Shown here in pieces: positions 1 to 13,283 of a stretch of DNA of 64,000 nucleotides (position 1 is the first letter of the stretch; every line of letters starts with the position of its first letter). Both the position numbers and the translations under genes were made by a program. The DNA comes from Oikopleura dioica (Eukaryota > Animalia > Chordata): the NCBI GenBank assembly GCA_907165135.1, contig OU015569.1, forward strand, positions 2,728,001-2,792,000, written 5' to 3'. The notes under the pieces are model-generated. The model saw nothing but the letters and a program-made list of their open reading frames with translations, had not been told where the DNA came from and made no database searches.

Positions 1-3000
1 CACATTTGACAATCGCCAGTGTTTATCGTCAGCGATCGAGAGCTTTTCCGAGCTTTGACTTGAGTAAGTTTGTGAGTTATTGTTGCTCCACGCGCCTCTT
101 GGACCAGCCAAGAAGCGATTCTGTCTTCTCCAGCTTCGGAATGAGCCTGCATGTTGGTTTACTAATTGTCTCTTCGCTTTTTCATAACGCTTGCGTTCGT
201 TTTCAAGGAATGTTTTGAACGGCTCGTTCAAGTTCCCTTCTAGTAACAGCTTTGCTTCTCCACTTTGCTTGTCGCGGTGATGTGACTCGATTATTGCCAG
301 TTCCGAAGCTTGCTGAAGAAGTAAATTTATTTCCACGATTCGGTGATTGTCTAATGATTGTTCGAACTTGCTCGCTGCAGGCGTTGCGACTTCAGTGATG
401 AATGCCATGATTTCATCGGACTCGGTGTACTTGATAAATGAGTTCTGGAACTGCATTAAGTTTCCTTCGCGTGCAGGCATATTCGGCATACGAGACGCCG
501 CCCAAGGAATAGAATCGACAAGATCGCGGATGACTGGAATGACGAAACTGGAAACACGCTGATCGGGCTCAGACAACACGAGAAGAATTAGCCCGTTGAG
601 GACGAACGCCGCGCTCTCCGGTGAGTACCGATTGTGGCCAACAAGAAGACGATGGAGCTGTGAACTCGCTTCAGCGATGACGGAAATCTTCTTGCTCTTC
701 ATCGAGTAAACAAGAATTGCAATAGCAATTGCCTGAAGTTCGGGCCATCCATCAGATTCTGAGTTCTCCCAGACAAACATGGCGTCCATCAACTTCACGA
801 GTAATTGCAAATCTGCCTCTTCCAAAACTTTCGTTCTATTTGCCTCAAGAAAGTAGAAGTTGTAGAAAAGAACGCACAAGGTTTCACCATCCTTCGCACA
901 ATTGAAAGAGTCAGAAGAATCTTTGTAAATTTTCAGAATTGCCTTCTCCACCCACTTTCGGATCAGCTGCTGACCGGTGATTACGTACATCTCGATGCCG
1001 ACAAGTCGTTCAATTGAGCACAGTGCGGCAAGAGATGCTTTCCACTTGTCAAGATGAGTTTGACGTCCTTTGGCTGACCCATTCCAGGATATTTGGTAGA
1101 TCGAGTTCACTACATTTTCTACGAGCTCTTCGTGAACTTCTTCGCTTACAGCTTCACTGGCAAACTTATCACCGTGGGGGACTTGAAGAAGACGAACCAG
1201 AGTATCTTGCCATCCAGCGATCGCAGCAGCTTGCCTCGCTTGTTCTGGACTAGCAGAAAGCCACTCGGAAACGAGACTCGCTGTTTTCAGCTTTTCTTTC
1301 ACTCCTGAATGCGTGCCAATGTAGTGGACGAGTGCAAGGCGATCGGAAATTGTAAAACTGCACGTAAACACGACATCAATGAGCAAGCTATGCGCTTTAC
1401 GGGATTCTGCTATTTTAGATTTTAGAAGTATTCCGAGAATTCCGCCGGCTGAGGAGAGTCTCAATCGACCTCTGTATTCTTCCGAGACATGGGACGACTT
1501 TAACAGGAGCAAGAATAAGTTTAGGATTGATGAATGTAGTTCGGGTGCGTTTTCAAGCGTAAGAAGATACCAAAGAAGCTCTCCTTTTTCAGCTTCGAAC
1601 ATGATTCGTACAAGATTCTCGCAGCCTGGTCGCCTCAATAGCTCAATGCAGGATGTAAGTGCTTCTGCAGCGGCGCTGACTTCTGATTCCGAGCCCCCAA
1701 CTGAGCAAACAATGATGAAGCTAAGAATCGCGTCGATTTCGTCTACGTTCGTGTTTTTGAGCATGTAAAACTTGACTAAAGAAAAGATCGCCCCGCGAAC
1801 TTGCTTTTCGTCTTCAGGAAGAATGCCGATATCCATCGATGAAACTGAGCTTCGGGTTGATAATTCACCATCCCTACTCGACGACGATGGGAGCGGAAAC
1901 GACTTGCAGCAGTACGTCCGAATGACATCGAGCATGAAACAAACGCCATACTGTGAGCGATTGAAACGTTTGGAGTCTTTTATCAAAGTAGAAAGATACT
2001 GAACATGACTGACTCTTGTAGCGTAGTCAGAATGGCACCACACTCGGAAGTCGAAAAGCAAGTAATGGCGAATATCGGATACAAGATCAGGAAACTCCGA
2101 AACTGGAAAAGCTTCAAGTAATCGCTGACATTCGAACAGAAAATTTCCATCAATCAATGGACCGGGGAACTTTTGCAAAAGGGCTCCAAGGATCGCAAAC
2201 GAATTATTCTCCACAGCAATTAGTTTCAATGGAACATCACTCCCATTGAGCAGTTTCCGCAAAAGTCTTATAAAAATGGCCATCGGATGTAATTGAGTAC
2301 GCTCAGATACCGGCGGCCATCTTTTTATTTGATCAAGAAGTGGAAACATAACCGAGATGCCTGAGAGTGCATGAACAGCCGCTCGAATATCAGGAGCACC
2401 ACGTAGTCTTCCTGTCAAACAGGCATCGTTTCGCCCTGTCGGTGCCAGATTCCGCACCGAGTAGGAGTCGCAGTTTTTCGGGTGATAGTAAAGACGCAAG
2501 AATATTTGAAAGTCAGATGTTGCCGAATTGGTTGATTGAAATTGAACGAGAGAGTTTGGCCCCCACTCTGAAAGAAGCTGAATCAGATTTTCAGGGACAG
2601 CGGCGTTGAGAAGCAGCTGGTATCCTATCAGTCCGTGAACACTTCGAGGACGTCCCCAGATTCTATCCCTTGACTCAGCTTTGCACCAGCTTACGGAGCC
2701 GTCGTCGTTGAATTCTTCGCTCTTCGACTTGGTCATTTTAGACATAATGCTTCCAAGAGCCATGCCGGCCATTCCAGAGATCGAATTCGACAGGGGCATT
2801 CCTTGACTTGGCATGTCCAGGCCACATCCTATTCTCACTTTGAGTTTATCCGTCGATGTGGTGGTCAGTTTGTGAGAACAGATCAAAAACTTGTCGATGT
2901 AAATGCTACACGTCGCGGTGCCAGAAAGCAACGAAGCAGGACTCAGTTGGACTGCGATAGAGTGCCACGAAGAGTCGACGACTGATTTTTCCAGCTCCGC

Positions 3001-5145
3001 AGTGACGGTAGTAAAGGAGCTTTTCGATAAATGCGCGAATACAAGCTTATTTTGGTCGGAAATGAAAAGCTCGTAGCCGCAATAGTTCTTGTCCAGGAAA
3101 CTGAAGAGAACTCGTCTCCATGAAACCTTTACCGGAAAAGGATCAAGACAGAACCAGCCAAAGTAAGTAAAGCCATTTAAAAGCGGCTGGATATAATCCG
3201 ATGACAGGCCAGTCCCTTGATCGTACATTTCGAAAAAGTCCTGCGCGGGCGAACGGTCCATCGGAATTTCAGACAAGCACTGGAGCAAAGCTAGCCCGTA
3301 GGATTGTTTGTCATGGATGAGCTTGAGCAGTTTTGTCAAATTCTCGGTGGAGATAGCGTACGATGACACTGTGGAAATGATAGAAATGACCTTGTCGACA
3401 ATTTCTCGAGGAACATGGCTTTCGTGTGCTTCTTCTAAAATGAAATGTTAGATTTGGTGTGGCTTGAAGAATCAAGATTACCGAGATAGTTGAGGAGAGC
3501 TCCAACGATGTCAGCTTCGAAGCCCAAGACTCGATTCGCCGTCGAGTATTTGAAGAGATCTTCGATCTTCTCAACTAGCCACAGGCGAATAGACTCGTCC
3601 ACTTGCAACAGCCAAGTGACTGTAAGAGTCGGAATTTCAGAAATCTTGAGCCGTTCGAAAGACGTCCCTTCATAAGTCCGCTCCAAGCACTAAACTCATT
3701 CATAGCAACATAGAAACACTTGAAAGTCTTTATAAATCGACATGCAATTTGACGAATAGAAGAATGGACACAAATGTTAAAATCAAATAAATGAAGAATA
3801 AATGAGATGAAGGAATCACATAACTGATAAATTGTTAAATTATTCACCGTTTTTAAGCTTTCTTCTTTGAACTGAAAGTAACAGTAATTTACACCACTGT
3901 TGCGCTAGCTAACTCCTGATTTGAAGGTTAAAAATTCTAAAAGTACTTCTTGGAATACAATGTTACTTACGAAGTGAAGCAGTCTGGATATGAACTGTTT
4001 TTGGTTCTTTGTTTGCCAGAAGAGCGGCTCGAGCAAGTCCTTCCAAGATCCCCAGACGTCAATAATCGCAGCCTTCACGTTTTCATTGTTGCTCGAGAGT
4101 CTCTCTACAGTGGAGAGGAATGTATCAGCGTCGATGTTGTCAATGTCCTCGTCCATCAACGATTTGAGAATTGCGAAAAGGCCGTTTTGAAGAAAGCTCA
4201 TTTGCATGGTCGAAATGTCGCCGTTGTTGCTGTTCGATATGATGCGATTGACCGAGGAGAGGAACTGGCTGTTTGCGCTGTGGCGAATAATTGACAGAAA
4301 ACAGGAAATGCAGTCGCGAAGCGGAATAGGCTGAAGACCCTGAAGGATGATGGTTGAAAGAAAGTTAGTTTGAAAAAGAAAAGTACCTTGAAATTGTGAG
4401 TAGAATAAATAAAACGCTCGAATAATCGAAGAACAAGCTCGAAATGCCCGTTGAAGTCTTCGCCAGGATCAATCGAGCGCCGCAGCTCTTGCTCCAAAAC
4501 AGTTAGCAGCTCTTGCGTGAGCAGCAGTCGATGATGCGCGATATTCGAACTGAGCAAAAGGCCGTACACGCGCAAAACGAGCCGCTTCTTCAAAAAGCCG
4601 CCTGAGCCAGAAAAGCTCCCCACGGCTCTGGCGTAATCCACCAAAGGTCGAACGAAGTCTTCGATGTTTCCCCGCGCCGTCGTGTCAGATTTGTTCTTGC
4701 AGTTTTGGTCCCGCCAGTTTCTGCGGGGATCGATGATGATTTCGAAAAACTCAAACAGTGTGTCAAGAAAGATGCTTTCGAATTTCTCGTCGTCGGAAGA
4801 GTCCAGCACGGAGGAAAAGCATCGCGTAAGAAACTTGATTGAAATGTCCGTCGAGCGAGAGAATCGCCGTAAAACGTGAATGAGACGGATCAGCTTTGTT
4901 TGCTCGATTTCATCTTTATCTGAAACAATGATGTAAAAATGAATGTCTCGTAAGAAGAGGATGAGTCTTGCTCTCTTACCTAGCATAGATTCAAGCTGCG
5001 TGGCGAGAGCCGAAACGGTATTTTGGGGGATATGATCTAGCGAAATATCAACCGAGGCTTCTATTATCACTACAACTTCAAAAAGATCGCATTCTCCAGA
5101 GGCAAAGCGCTGCCAAACGGCGTAAAGCCTGTCCAATTCCGTCAT
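1..5145 (-). CDS. NBEAL1: Neurobeachin-like (NBEAL1/2) protein, N-terminal part; runs off the left edge
   Basis: Manual translation gives LWLVEKIEDLFKYSTANRVLGFEADIV, FTYFGWFCLD, VLFSFLDKNYCGYELFIS, DSSWHSIAV and RIWGRPRSVHGLIG, matching the NBEAL ARM and ConA-like region as recalled. GT-AG intron near 4330-4386. The minus frame below ~3400 appears to run off the edge. BEACH/WD40 domains are not in the window. Confidence 0.75.
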
Positions 5146-5225
5146 TTTTAGAATTTTACATTCTGAAAAGAATCCTTTTATTTATAATTGGAATCTTATT
5201 TTAGATCACATGCTACAATTTCACA

Positions 5226-6316
5226 TTAATCTAGATTGCTTCTTTTCGGTAAATGGCTTGCTCCCAGACACGGTACATTTTTAAACGTTTAGCGCGATTT
5301 ACTTGAAGTCTTCTATCAGTCAGCAATTGCTCGCGTTTCAGACCAGCCTGGAAAAAGAAGAATTAGCAACTTATCGTGGAACTAGAAGAGCTACCGATTC
5401 AAATAAATTAGCAACATCTTCTTCTGTAAAAAAGTAGACCAATGTTCCGTCTCCTCTTGTGTAGGTATTTTCGCCTGCTACTCTTGTTGGCTTATTATGA
5501 GTTTTAAAAATTTTCGATGAAAGTGGTTTATCAGTAGAATTCCGAATGTTTTCAACCCTTCCTTGAACCTGAGTTGCGACATGTCATATCTTCCATAGTC
5601 GCGGAAAAAAATATCCCCGCCGGGTTTCAAGCAGTCCGCCATTTTCGAAATGGCATTCTTCATTCTGTCAAAGGGCAGGGCAGATAGCACGAAGGTGCAA
5701 ATGATCACATCTACTTTTTCCGGAATTTCAATCGCCACGTCACTCGCCAAATCATGCTGAAAGATATGCCCTCGATCGCCGTATTTTTTCACGAGTTCTT
5801 TGCAAATTTCCACGCTTTTTGGAGCGAAGTCACAACCCAGATTTGAGTTCGATCGTGCTTTTCTACATTATAATATAAAAAACAAAGTAATCTTTTGAAA
5901 AAATTCGAACTCTTTCCGAAAACTTTGTAATTCTGATGCGAAGTCGTCGCCTCCAAAAGCGGCACCACATTCGACCCATTTCCACAGCCCAGCTCAAGCA
6001 CAACCAGTTCCGGCGAGTTCTTCGGATTTAACCGTTCAAACTCCGTGAACAACCAAGACCGGTCTTTGAAGAACTTGTTTTCGTGCTTTTCGTAAAAGCA
6101 GTTCCAGTTTTCCGAGGCCGTTTCTCCCGCCACTTTCATTCTTTCTTCCACATTTTCCGACTTCTCGATTTGCTTTCTGATCTGTTCCAGCGCATTTTCC
6201 TCCTGTTGTGCGTCCCATTCGACGCGGTCCCAAGCGTTGTGTTTGAAAATTTCACTGTCTTCTTTTATCAAGCGATTTCCGAATTGCGGCCGTTTTTCTG
6301 TCTCTTCCACGGTCAT
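5226..6316 (-). CDS. METTL2: tRNA m3C methyltransferase METTL2-like (multi-exon)
   Basis: FGNRLI...FKHNAWD, WNCFYEKHENKFFKDRSWLFTEF, LELGCGNG, FVLSA...LKPGGDIFFRDYGRYDMSQLRFK and C-terminal DRRLQVNRAKRLKMYRVW; stop TAA at 5228-5226. Confidence 0.92.
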
Positions 6317-6584
6317 TCTAGCGCTCAAATTTTTTTTACTATGAGTTTTCTTTAGGGTGCATTTTGGATCTGTCAACGAATTGGTCGGTATTCGCTGAGA
6401 GGGAAAAGTACCGAAACTGCTTCGATTGCGGCTTCTAGTTTTTTTCAATTGAAATGCATTTGCATTTCAAAGGGAAGGTAGAATTGGATTTATTTGAGTA
6501 AGGTACTGTCGGGCATACAGAAAACGAAAGAATTGATTACAGAAAAAGTATTTATCTAGAAGTGGTGATTTACGGCTTGAGAAA

Positions 6585-7127
6585 TCAGGACATTTCTTTA
6601 TTGAGCGCCCAGCGGAAGAAAACATTCAATCCCCACGCAGCCGCGTTGACCAGGCCAATGGAGCTGCCGACATTAACCCGGACATTGCCAACGTCTCCCT
6701 TTCCGAAAGAGACGGCAGTGTTAATAAGTGCGATGATTGAACCAGTGGCGACAAGGATCACTAGAGTAAGCAAATTACTAATTAGCTGTAGTGCTTATTG
6801 CTTACCCATGAAGATAGGGACGACTAGGTCGACCATGTGCCAGGGAATCTTGCTGCAGAATTCCCATTTTTCGTGGAGTTTTGATCCGAAGAATGTGAGA
6901 CCAAGACAGGAAAACTAGAATTTTAATAATTTTGCAAGCATGACTTGAGGGCTTACCGCGAGTGAGAACTTAGAAATGTGATAAAGAAATCTCACTCCGC
7001 CGAGACCATCATACCGGGCAAACCTAGCCAGTAGAATGATTGTAACAAGCGCGCAAATTGCTTGTAGGATCTTCGCTATGCCCAGCCGCGATTTTAAGTA
7101 CTCCAAGCTCGAGGAAATGAACATCAT
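6585..7127 (-). CDS. MARVEL-domain four-TM protein (CMTM/MAL-like)
   Basis: LEYLKSRLGIAKILQAICALVTII start motif and hydrophobic segments ending GSSIGLVNAAAWGLNVFF. Exon boundaries approximate. Confidence 0.6.
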
Positions 7128-8143
7128 CGTATTTTTTTCGTTGTTATTTCTTACTTCTTTTGCGTTCTCAGCTCGATTGATGAAGAAAAAAGGGATGAAA
7201 CGGGCTACTCATAGAAAGCGCGAATCCCGGCGACCCAATAAGCGCCTCGGCGGGGCATCGCGCTTATCTATCCTCAGGGACGACCAAAAAAAGGAACATA
7301 TTTTCATGCCCGACAATAAATTTCTCAGTTCAGTCATCGTTGAAGAAGTTGATTTTTGACAAAAATCATTATTCTTTTTAATTTCTACGTATTTTTTGAT
7401 TGAACTTTTAAAGAATAAAAATTAAGTGTGTTTGGAACAGTAATTCTTTTACAGAAATTCTTCATTTTCCACACTTCTGATCAAAAGCTCTGGAAAGTTG
7501 AAGAAAATCGAAAAAATCGAGTTTGTAAAAGAAATGAGTGGGCGCCGAGAATCTGGGCTAGCCTCTCTTTTGACGAGTGGGCGCTGCGGAAAACTCGACC
7601 AGATTCTCTTTCGGAAATTGAAAAAGTGATTCTAGAAATTCTCGTTCGCAAGTTAAAGTTACAGAGAAATATGCAGAGTCCATTCCTTCTAATTTTATCT
7701 GTTTATTATTAATTAATTGTTTTGCAATTAAAAATTGACAATTGAATTGAAAGATTTGTAAATTACCATTTCTTAACCGAAAATCTTGTTTCTAGTAAAA
7801 TCTAAGTCAAACAATAAAATATTTATAATTGGGAATTAACATTGTTAGAAAAAGCGAATAATATCTTGTTATGTGAATCGATTCCAAACAGTGGGTCAAT
7901 GATTGCATAAGGAAACTTAATTTCAAAGTCGAAACAACTCGCATCTGAAAATTTACAAGCAGAGAAACAAAACTTCCTCCAGTCAGTAGTATTCTCTTAG
8001 GAAACACTCAATATTATTCGCCAAAGAATATCATATTCTGATATTCTGATTGACAATAAAGTGCTAGTGTAAGAATTACTGACGCTTCTAACGCTAACCT
8101 TCACCGAAATCATAGGGGCCCTACGTTAGGGCTGTCCCTTTGG

Positions 8144-8190
8144 CTGGGTTCGGCAACCTGTGGAGAAAACCTGAGTCAGGATTTGAAAGA
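8144..8190. repeat. Single arm of the short palindromic repeat family (CTGGGYTCGGCAACCTGTG...CCTGAGTCAGG)
   Basis: ctgggttcggcaacctgtggagaaaacctgagtcagg matches the arms at 56356 and 12400; no second arm seen. Confidence 0.7.
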
Positions 8191-8977
8191 GCAAGGTTTA
8201 AACGCAGGCCGGTGAGCCTAGCCTCTGGTTCTGCCACTGTACATACGAAGTGTTGTGACAGTGATTGAATTTTCGGAATTACATGTATTTTGTAAATGTT
8301 TTTTTCTGTATATTTCCATAATTTAAATTTCAAACTTGGTCAACGAGACGTTATTGTAATCCAGAAAGTAGCATCTACTATCGTGCATTTTCGGAGTCGT
8401 CTTTTCATTATTTACAGTCAGAGTTCAATGAAAATGTACAGCCAGTTTTTCATTTTGCCGAGGAGGTTCAATTTGATCGCTCCATTTTTTATTTATGGCG
8501 TTATGTTATCCGGGGAGCATTCGATATTATGGACCATGTCAAAACAGACAATTTGGAAGGTGCCCCTGTCCTTATCAATTATTCAGCGATTATTTATTTA
8601 TTTTCGGAAAATGGATTCTCCACTGGCAGTTAAAGCTCATTTTAACTTCGCGAACTGGCGATTTTCGCCACATTTGTCCTGCTTTAATATTAAACGACTA
8701 TTTATCGAGTGGCGAAGATCCGAATCAAGCTCCATTTGAAGTAAATGGGATAATCGCTGATAGCGAACCACTCATCACTATATTAGTCGCCCGCGGAGAG
8801 AACTGCTGCACATCAAGTTTACAATCCTTCTTTCTTTTTTTCAGCCCTTTTTCGGCCGATTATTTTAGCGGCGAAAACAGGAAACAGCGCCTTTGAAGAG
8901 AGCGGAATAGACCCATTAGAGGCTTATTACAAGAGTGAAAGGATACGAATAAGTACAGTAAGAGTAGTGCTTCAGAC

Positions 8978-9105
8978 TTGGCTGAACAACCTTTGTACAA
9001 AACCCGAGACAGGGTTCGGGAAGAGCTTTTACAAAAGCCGTGTAGCTTGTTATCAAAGTCCTTTCAGTACCCTGACTCAGGTTATGTTCACATGTTGCCG
9101 AGTCA
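8978..9105. mobile_element. Short palindromic MITE-like element (family copy)
   Basis: Degenerate left arm gctgaacaacctttgtacaaaacccgagacaggg; right arm ccctgactcaggttatgttcacatgttgccgagtcag; core aaaagccgtgtagc shared with the 51700 copy. Confidence 0.65.
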
Positions 9106-9575
9106 GGGCTTCAGAAGTTCAACGACTAGTACAGTCGATGATTAAATTAAACATTGCTCTCCTTCTCCTTGTCTTTAACTTGAAGCCGATCAGGTGCAAT
9201 TAGATTCGTCTCGCATTCCTCGACAAATTATTGCCCTTGATTTCGTCGGCTCAGAGTCTAGTTGTCGTAGCCATCTAATGAAAACAGAAACGCTTGTGAG
9301 AAAAGAGGGAGGATATCTTTAGAATTAAACTATTTGCGTCAAATCTGCTAGTAGACTCTATTTTACTGGCAAGAAGCAAGAGTCAGCGTAGAGGCATGGG
9401 AACTTAATTTGGCAGACTGAGATAGCGTCACTGCCGGGATAACTGCGAGGGCGCATATACCTCGTTTTTTTCTTCTTCTTTCGCGAGAAAAAAAGAAGCT
9501 TTGAAAGAAAGATAGAGCTGCTGCTATCAAGATATTATAATTTTTCCTTCTGAAATCAAACAGAGATTTTTTAGA

Positions 9576-11950
9576 ATGCAGTGCAGCAGCTGTTTGCTCC
9601 TGAGCTCGTTGTGCGTCTCACACTACCTGGCATTCGCGTACGCTCAAGTGCCGGACGTCGACATCGAGGTACCCGCGCTGATTGATCCACAGCCCCGTTG
9701 CCCAATGCTCTTCAACGACCAAAGCTCGCCAGGGAAAAGAGGAAAGATCAGGGTGAACGTCCTCGACGAGATACGAGAGCTGAACGTCTCCAGCTGGGAG
9801 ACGGGCGAAGTCTACGAAGATGTCCTAGTCAAGAAATTCGACTCTTCCGAGTTACCGATGTCCCCCAACGAAACTACCGAATTCTTCATGAACGAAATCC
9901 TCAAAGCCGGCGAAGAAGATTCGCTAGTTCTAGTTTATTTAAGGACAGGATCTTGATTTCCATTTTTAAATTGACAGTTGTGAACAAAAATGTCTCTAAA
10001 TCCTGGAAAAAGTGATCGAAGACGGCGAAAAATGAACTGGGAATTCACGAAAATAATCACTACCGAAAACCTCCCGGCTTTTTACAAAAAGAAAGGTACT
10101 CTTTCGAAGCGATTTTCTTGAAAAATTACAATATTTTAGGGATTTACTTGATCACTGAATTCACAATCAAAGCAGTGAGAGATTGCTCCAACGTAAATGG
10201 CATCTCCGGTGTAAAATCGAACAAAGTCGCCGACTTCATGAAAGACTGCGATTTCTATTACAACGAATGTCTTTGCGAAAAGAGTGGGGAGGAGAGCCTT
10301 AAGCCTGGATGCGATTGCTACGATGCTGACACTTGCCATGCGAATGCCAATCTCCCTGGCGGGTACCACTGCGCGAAGGTGAGTGCTTGAGTTGCTCTGA
10401 GCAGTAATGAATGGTTTCAGTGTCCTTTCGGCTATATGGGCGAGCACTGCAAGAAAAGCATTTTCTTCATCGGTTCATTGGCGATTTCGATCATCTCGCT
10501 TACCTCGCTGGCCGGCGCCGTCTTAGCGCCGATGCGATCATGGCCTATTTATCCGGACTTACAGTCGGGAATGGTGGCATTAGCCATCGGATGCCTTTCT
10601 GGCGATGCCGTTTTGCATTTGATCCCCGTAAGTCTTTTCTCATCGCTGAATATTGTGCTGATCCGCGCTTATGATCGTATAAGTCAAGCAATATTGCTTA
10701 TATCTCTTTGAAGATTATCTTCGGCTTGCATGGGCATGCGCATAACGAACACGAAGAAGATCGCCATCACGGACACAATCAGGAGCATCATGAACTCGAC
10801 CACCACGGCCACGAAGGTGAAGAAGAAGGGGAAGGACTCCCGCATAACATTATAACTAAAAGGTAAGCCAATCACTATGAATTTGAATGATGTATTGATA
10901 ATCAGAGGGTTGATGCTTCTACTCGGTCTCTACATCTTCTATCTCTTCGAAACTGGCATCGGACTGTGGCACAGCTTCAAGCAAGCAAAGCAAGATTCTT
11001 CAGACAACGAAATCGGCGCAAGAAGAAAGTCCTCCAAGTCGAGGCATTATTCGGAGAGCGGAGGCCCTGGCCACAAGCTAAGGTACTCTTGGTATGATTT
11101 CTTCATGCAAATAACGATCCGAATTCAGTATCATCGAAGACAGAAACAACGAAATCTGCATTGACGAAAAGTGTAATTCGAATACAGACGACGTTTTTCT
11201 CAACCAAAATGAAGAGACCGCGATGCTAGAAAACGCGCAAGAAATGCTGATAAAGAACGGGAATGGACACGTAGGTCATCACGGACACACGCATGGACAC
11301 TCGCACGGGCCAAACGACGTCGCTCTCGTTGGCTGGATGGTGATTTTAGGCGACGCCTTTCACAATTTCGCCGACGGTTTAGGTTAGCTCTCCTTCGTTT
11401 TCCAGAGCCATTAAAGTTCGTTTCTAGCGATCGGTGCAGCGTTCTCGGCTTCCTATTCGATTGGATTAGGCACGGTTTTTGCCGTTTTCTTTCACGAATT
11501 GCCGCATGAAATTGGCGATTTTGCTGTCCTCCTCAGCTCTGGCTTCACTGTCAAAAAAGCCATGTTCTGGAATTTAGTTTCTGTAAGTCAAATGGACCCC
11601 CTCGCTTTTGGTTATTTTGATTATTTCAGTCGTTCACCTGTTTTATTGGATTTTTCTTTGGCGCACTGCTTGGTGATACAGAAGAAATTAAAATTTGGAT
11701 TTTGGCGATTTCAGCTGGTGCATTTGGTAAGGAAGTAATTTGGAAATCTGGAAATTGAAGGAATGATTCAGTGTATATCGCGCTCGTTGATATGCTGCCT
11801 GAGATTCGTCTGACAACGCTGCCAGATGGTTGCGACGTCGGGACTATGCTTCGCCGCTTCTTCGTCCAACAGCTCGGCCTCATCAGCGGCGTCCTGCTCA
11901 TGTGGCTCCTCGCCGCTTTCGAAGAAAAACTCGTTGCCATCTTCCAGTAA
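9576..11950 (+). CDS. SLC39A: LIV-1 family ZIP zinc transporter with signal peptide, Cys-rich/EGF ectodomain and His-rich loops
   Basis: [13 protein letters not shown], His-rich HGHAHNEH and [44 protein letters not shown]; stop TAA 11948-11950. The 9950-10060 junction is unresolved (stop/frameshift). Confidence 0.9.
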
Positions 11951-12399
11951 CAATTGAAAATACTATTTGAAAAACATCTACTCGTACACAAACTCAGCAA
12001 GCCTCAAGTTCTTCCACTATCTCAAGTCACTCCCACTGGCTTCGCTGCCAAAAACTTTAAAAAAGAAAAATCAAAGAAAAAAAAATGAAAAAACAATACT
12101 GCTGTACTCCATGATTATCAAAGAAAAAACCCATTTCCCATTTAGTTCACACTGCTTGTCCTTCATTGTTTAGGCCCTCGAAAGAATACTCTGGACCTTT
12201 TTTAATCCATACCTCAATTTATTTCTTGTTGTCTGTGTAAGCTTTTTTTATTTCTGATTTATACTATTTACTTCATTCGTCGTATTAAATAATTATTTAT
12301 CCAGTTTCATTAATTCGATTTCTTTAAACCCATAAGTTATGGGAATACTTATGGGCCATAAGATATCTTACTCCCTCAAATATTTACTGTAGATGATCT

Positions 12400-12570
12400 G
12401 GGTTCCGCAACCTGTGTAGAATACCTGAATCAATTTTCTGTAAGAGCTTCGACAAAAATCCGTATTATTAATTCTTTTTGGCTTCGTTTTTTTAAAAAGC
12501 TGCTCCGCGGCTTTTATTGAAGCTCTGTCAGAGCCCTGACTAAGGTTTTCTACACAGATTGCCGAGCTGA
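12400..12570. mobile_element. Short palindromic MITE-like element (family copy)
   Basis: Left arm ctgggttccgcaacctgtgtagaatacctgaatca; right arm reverse-complements to agctcggcaatctgtgtagaaaaccttagtca. Confidence 0.75.
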
Positions 12571-12597
12571 TCATCAGCTCATCATCATTGATCTTAA

Positions 12598-13283
12598 GGG
12601 ATCCCCACCGTTTTGGCCATCTTTGACTGAAAATTCAGTCGATTTACGCTTATGTATTGGGGCGTACAATAGCTCTACGTAAAGCCCAGGTGCTATCCGC
12701 TATTCTCTAGTACAGAGAAGTTTTTTACTCAAGTCAAACCTACCACTGGGAGGGGCCAAAGTTCGAGAATTTCGAAAAAAAGCCATTTTAGGCCAATTTT
12801 GAGCCGAAATTCAGCCGATTTGGGCTTAGATAGACACCGTCTACGACTAGATTTAGATAGACCGAGGCCTAATCTTCAATCTCTAATACAGAGAAATAAT
12901 TTGGCCAAGTAATTAAAAAAATTTCTTTTGAACAACCGAATGGGGCCATTTTTGGCGTTTTTTGGAGGTAAAATGCTCTCTAGCGCCAACATTTGGTCAA
13001 AAAGTCTAGTGCGGTTATAAAATTCTTAATCAGCACATTCTAAGCTATCGATAGACCCCTTATATGTCTTATTTCGATGTTATTGAAAAGTCGAAAAATA
13101 TTCCGATTTTTACGCGAAGTATAAATTACATGCATTTTTGCAATTTTCGAAGGCTAAAATTTCAGAGATAGATGTTCGTAAAGGGGTCATATGATACACC
13201 AAAATGATCCTCAGATCACGAGGAATCTAAATTTGCCAGATATAACCCCCTATGAAAGACTTGAAAAAACAGGGGGGGATCCC
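12598..13283. mobile_element. Non-autonomous TIR element with TTAA duplication (Kolobok-like termini)
   Basis: TTAA|GGGATCCCC...GGGGATCCC|TTAA. The interior matches 58640-59328 in inverted orientation (e.g. aaatgctctctagcgccaa). Confidence 0.8.

Noticed and set aside
6-2985. Many short + strand ORFs
   Set aside because: They are antisense to the long NBEAL coding region.
5840-5915. Possible non-canonical intron in METTL2
   Set aside because: Several boundary solutions exist and none could be fixed without cDNA.
7036-7359. Basic 107-aa ORF
   Set aside because: It overlaps the MARVEL 5' end in antisense and its promoter region; no homology recalled.
8296-8896. Overlapping ORFs between two hairpin elements
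   Set aside because: No recognisable domain, start context or consistent splice pattern; possibly a decayed sequence.
9950-10060. In-frame TAA/TGA in the ZIP ectodomain as readthrough or selenocysteine
   Set aside because: These coincide with homopolymer runs and an unresolved intron; an assembly indel or splice ambiguity is more likely. No SECIS was recognised.
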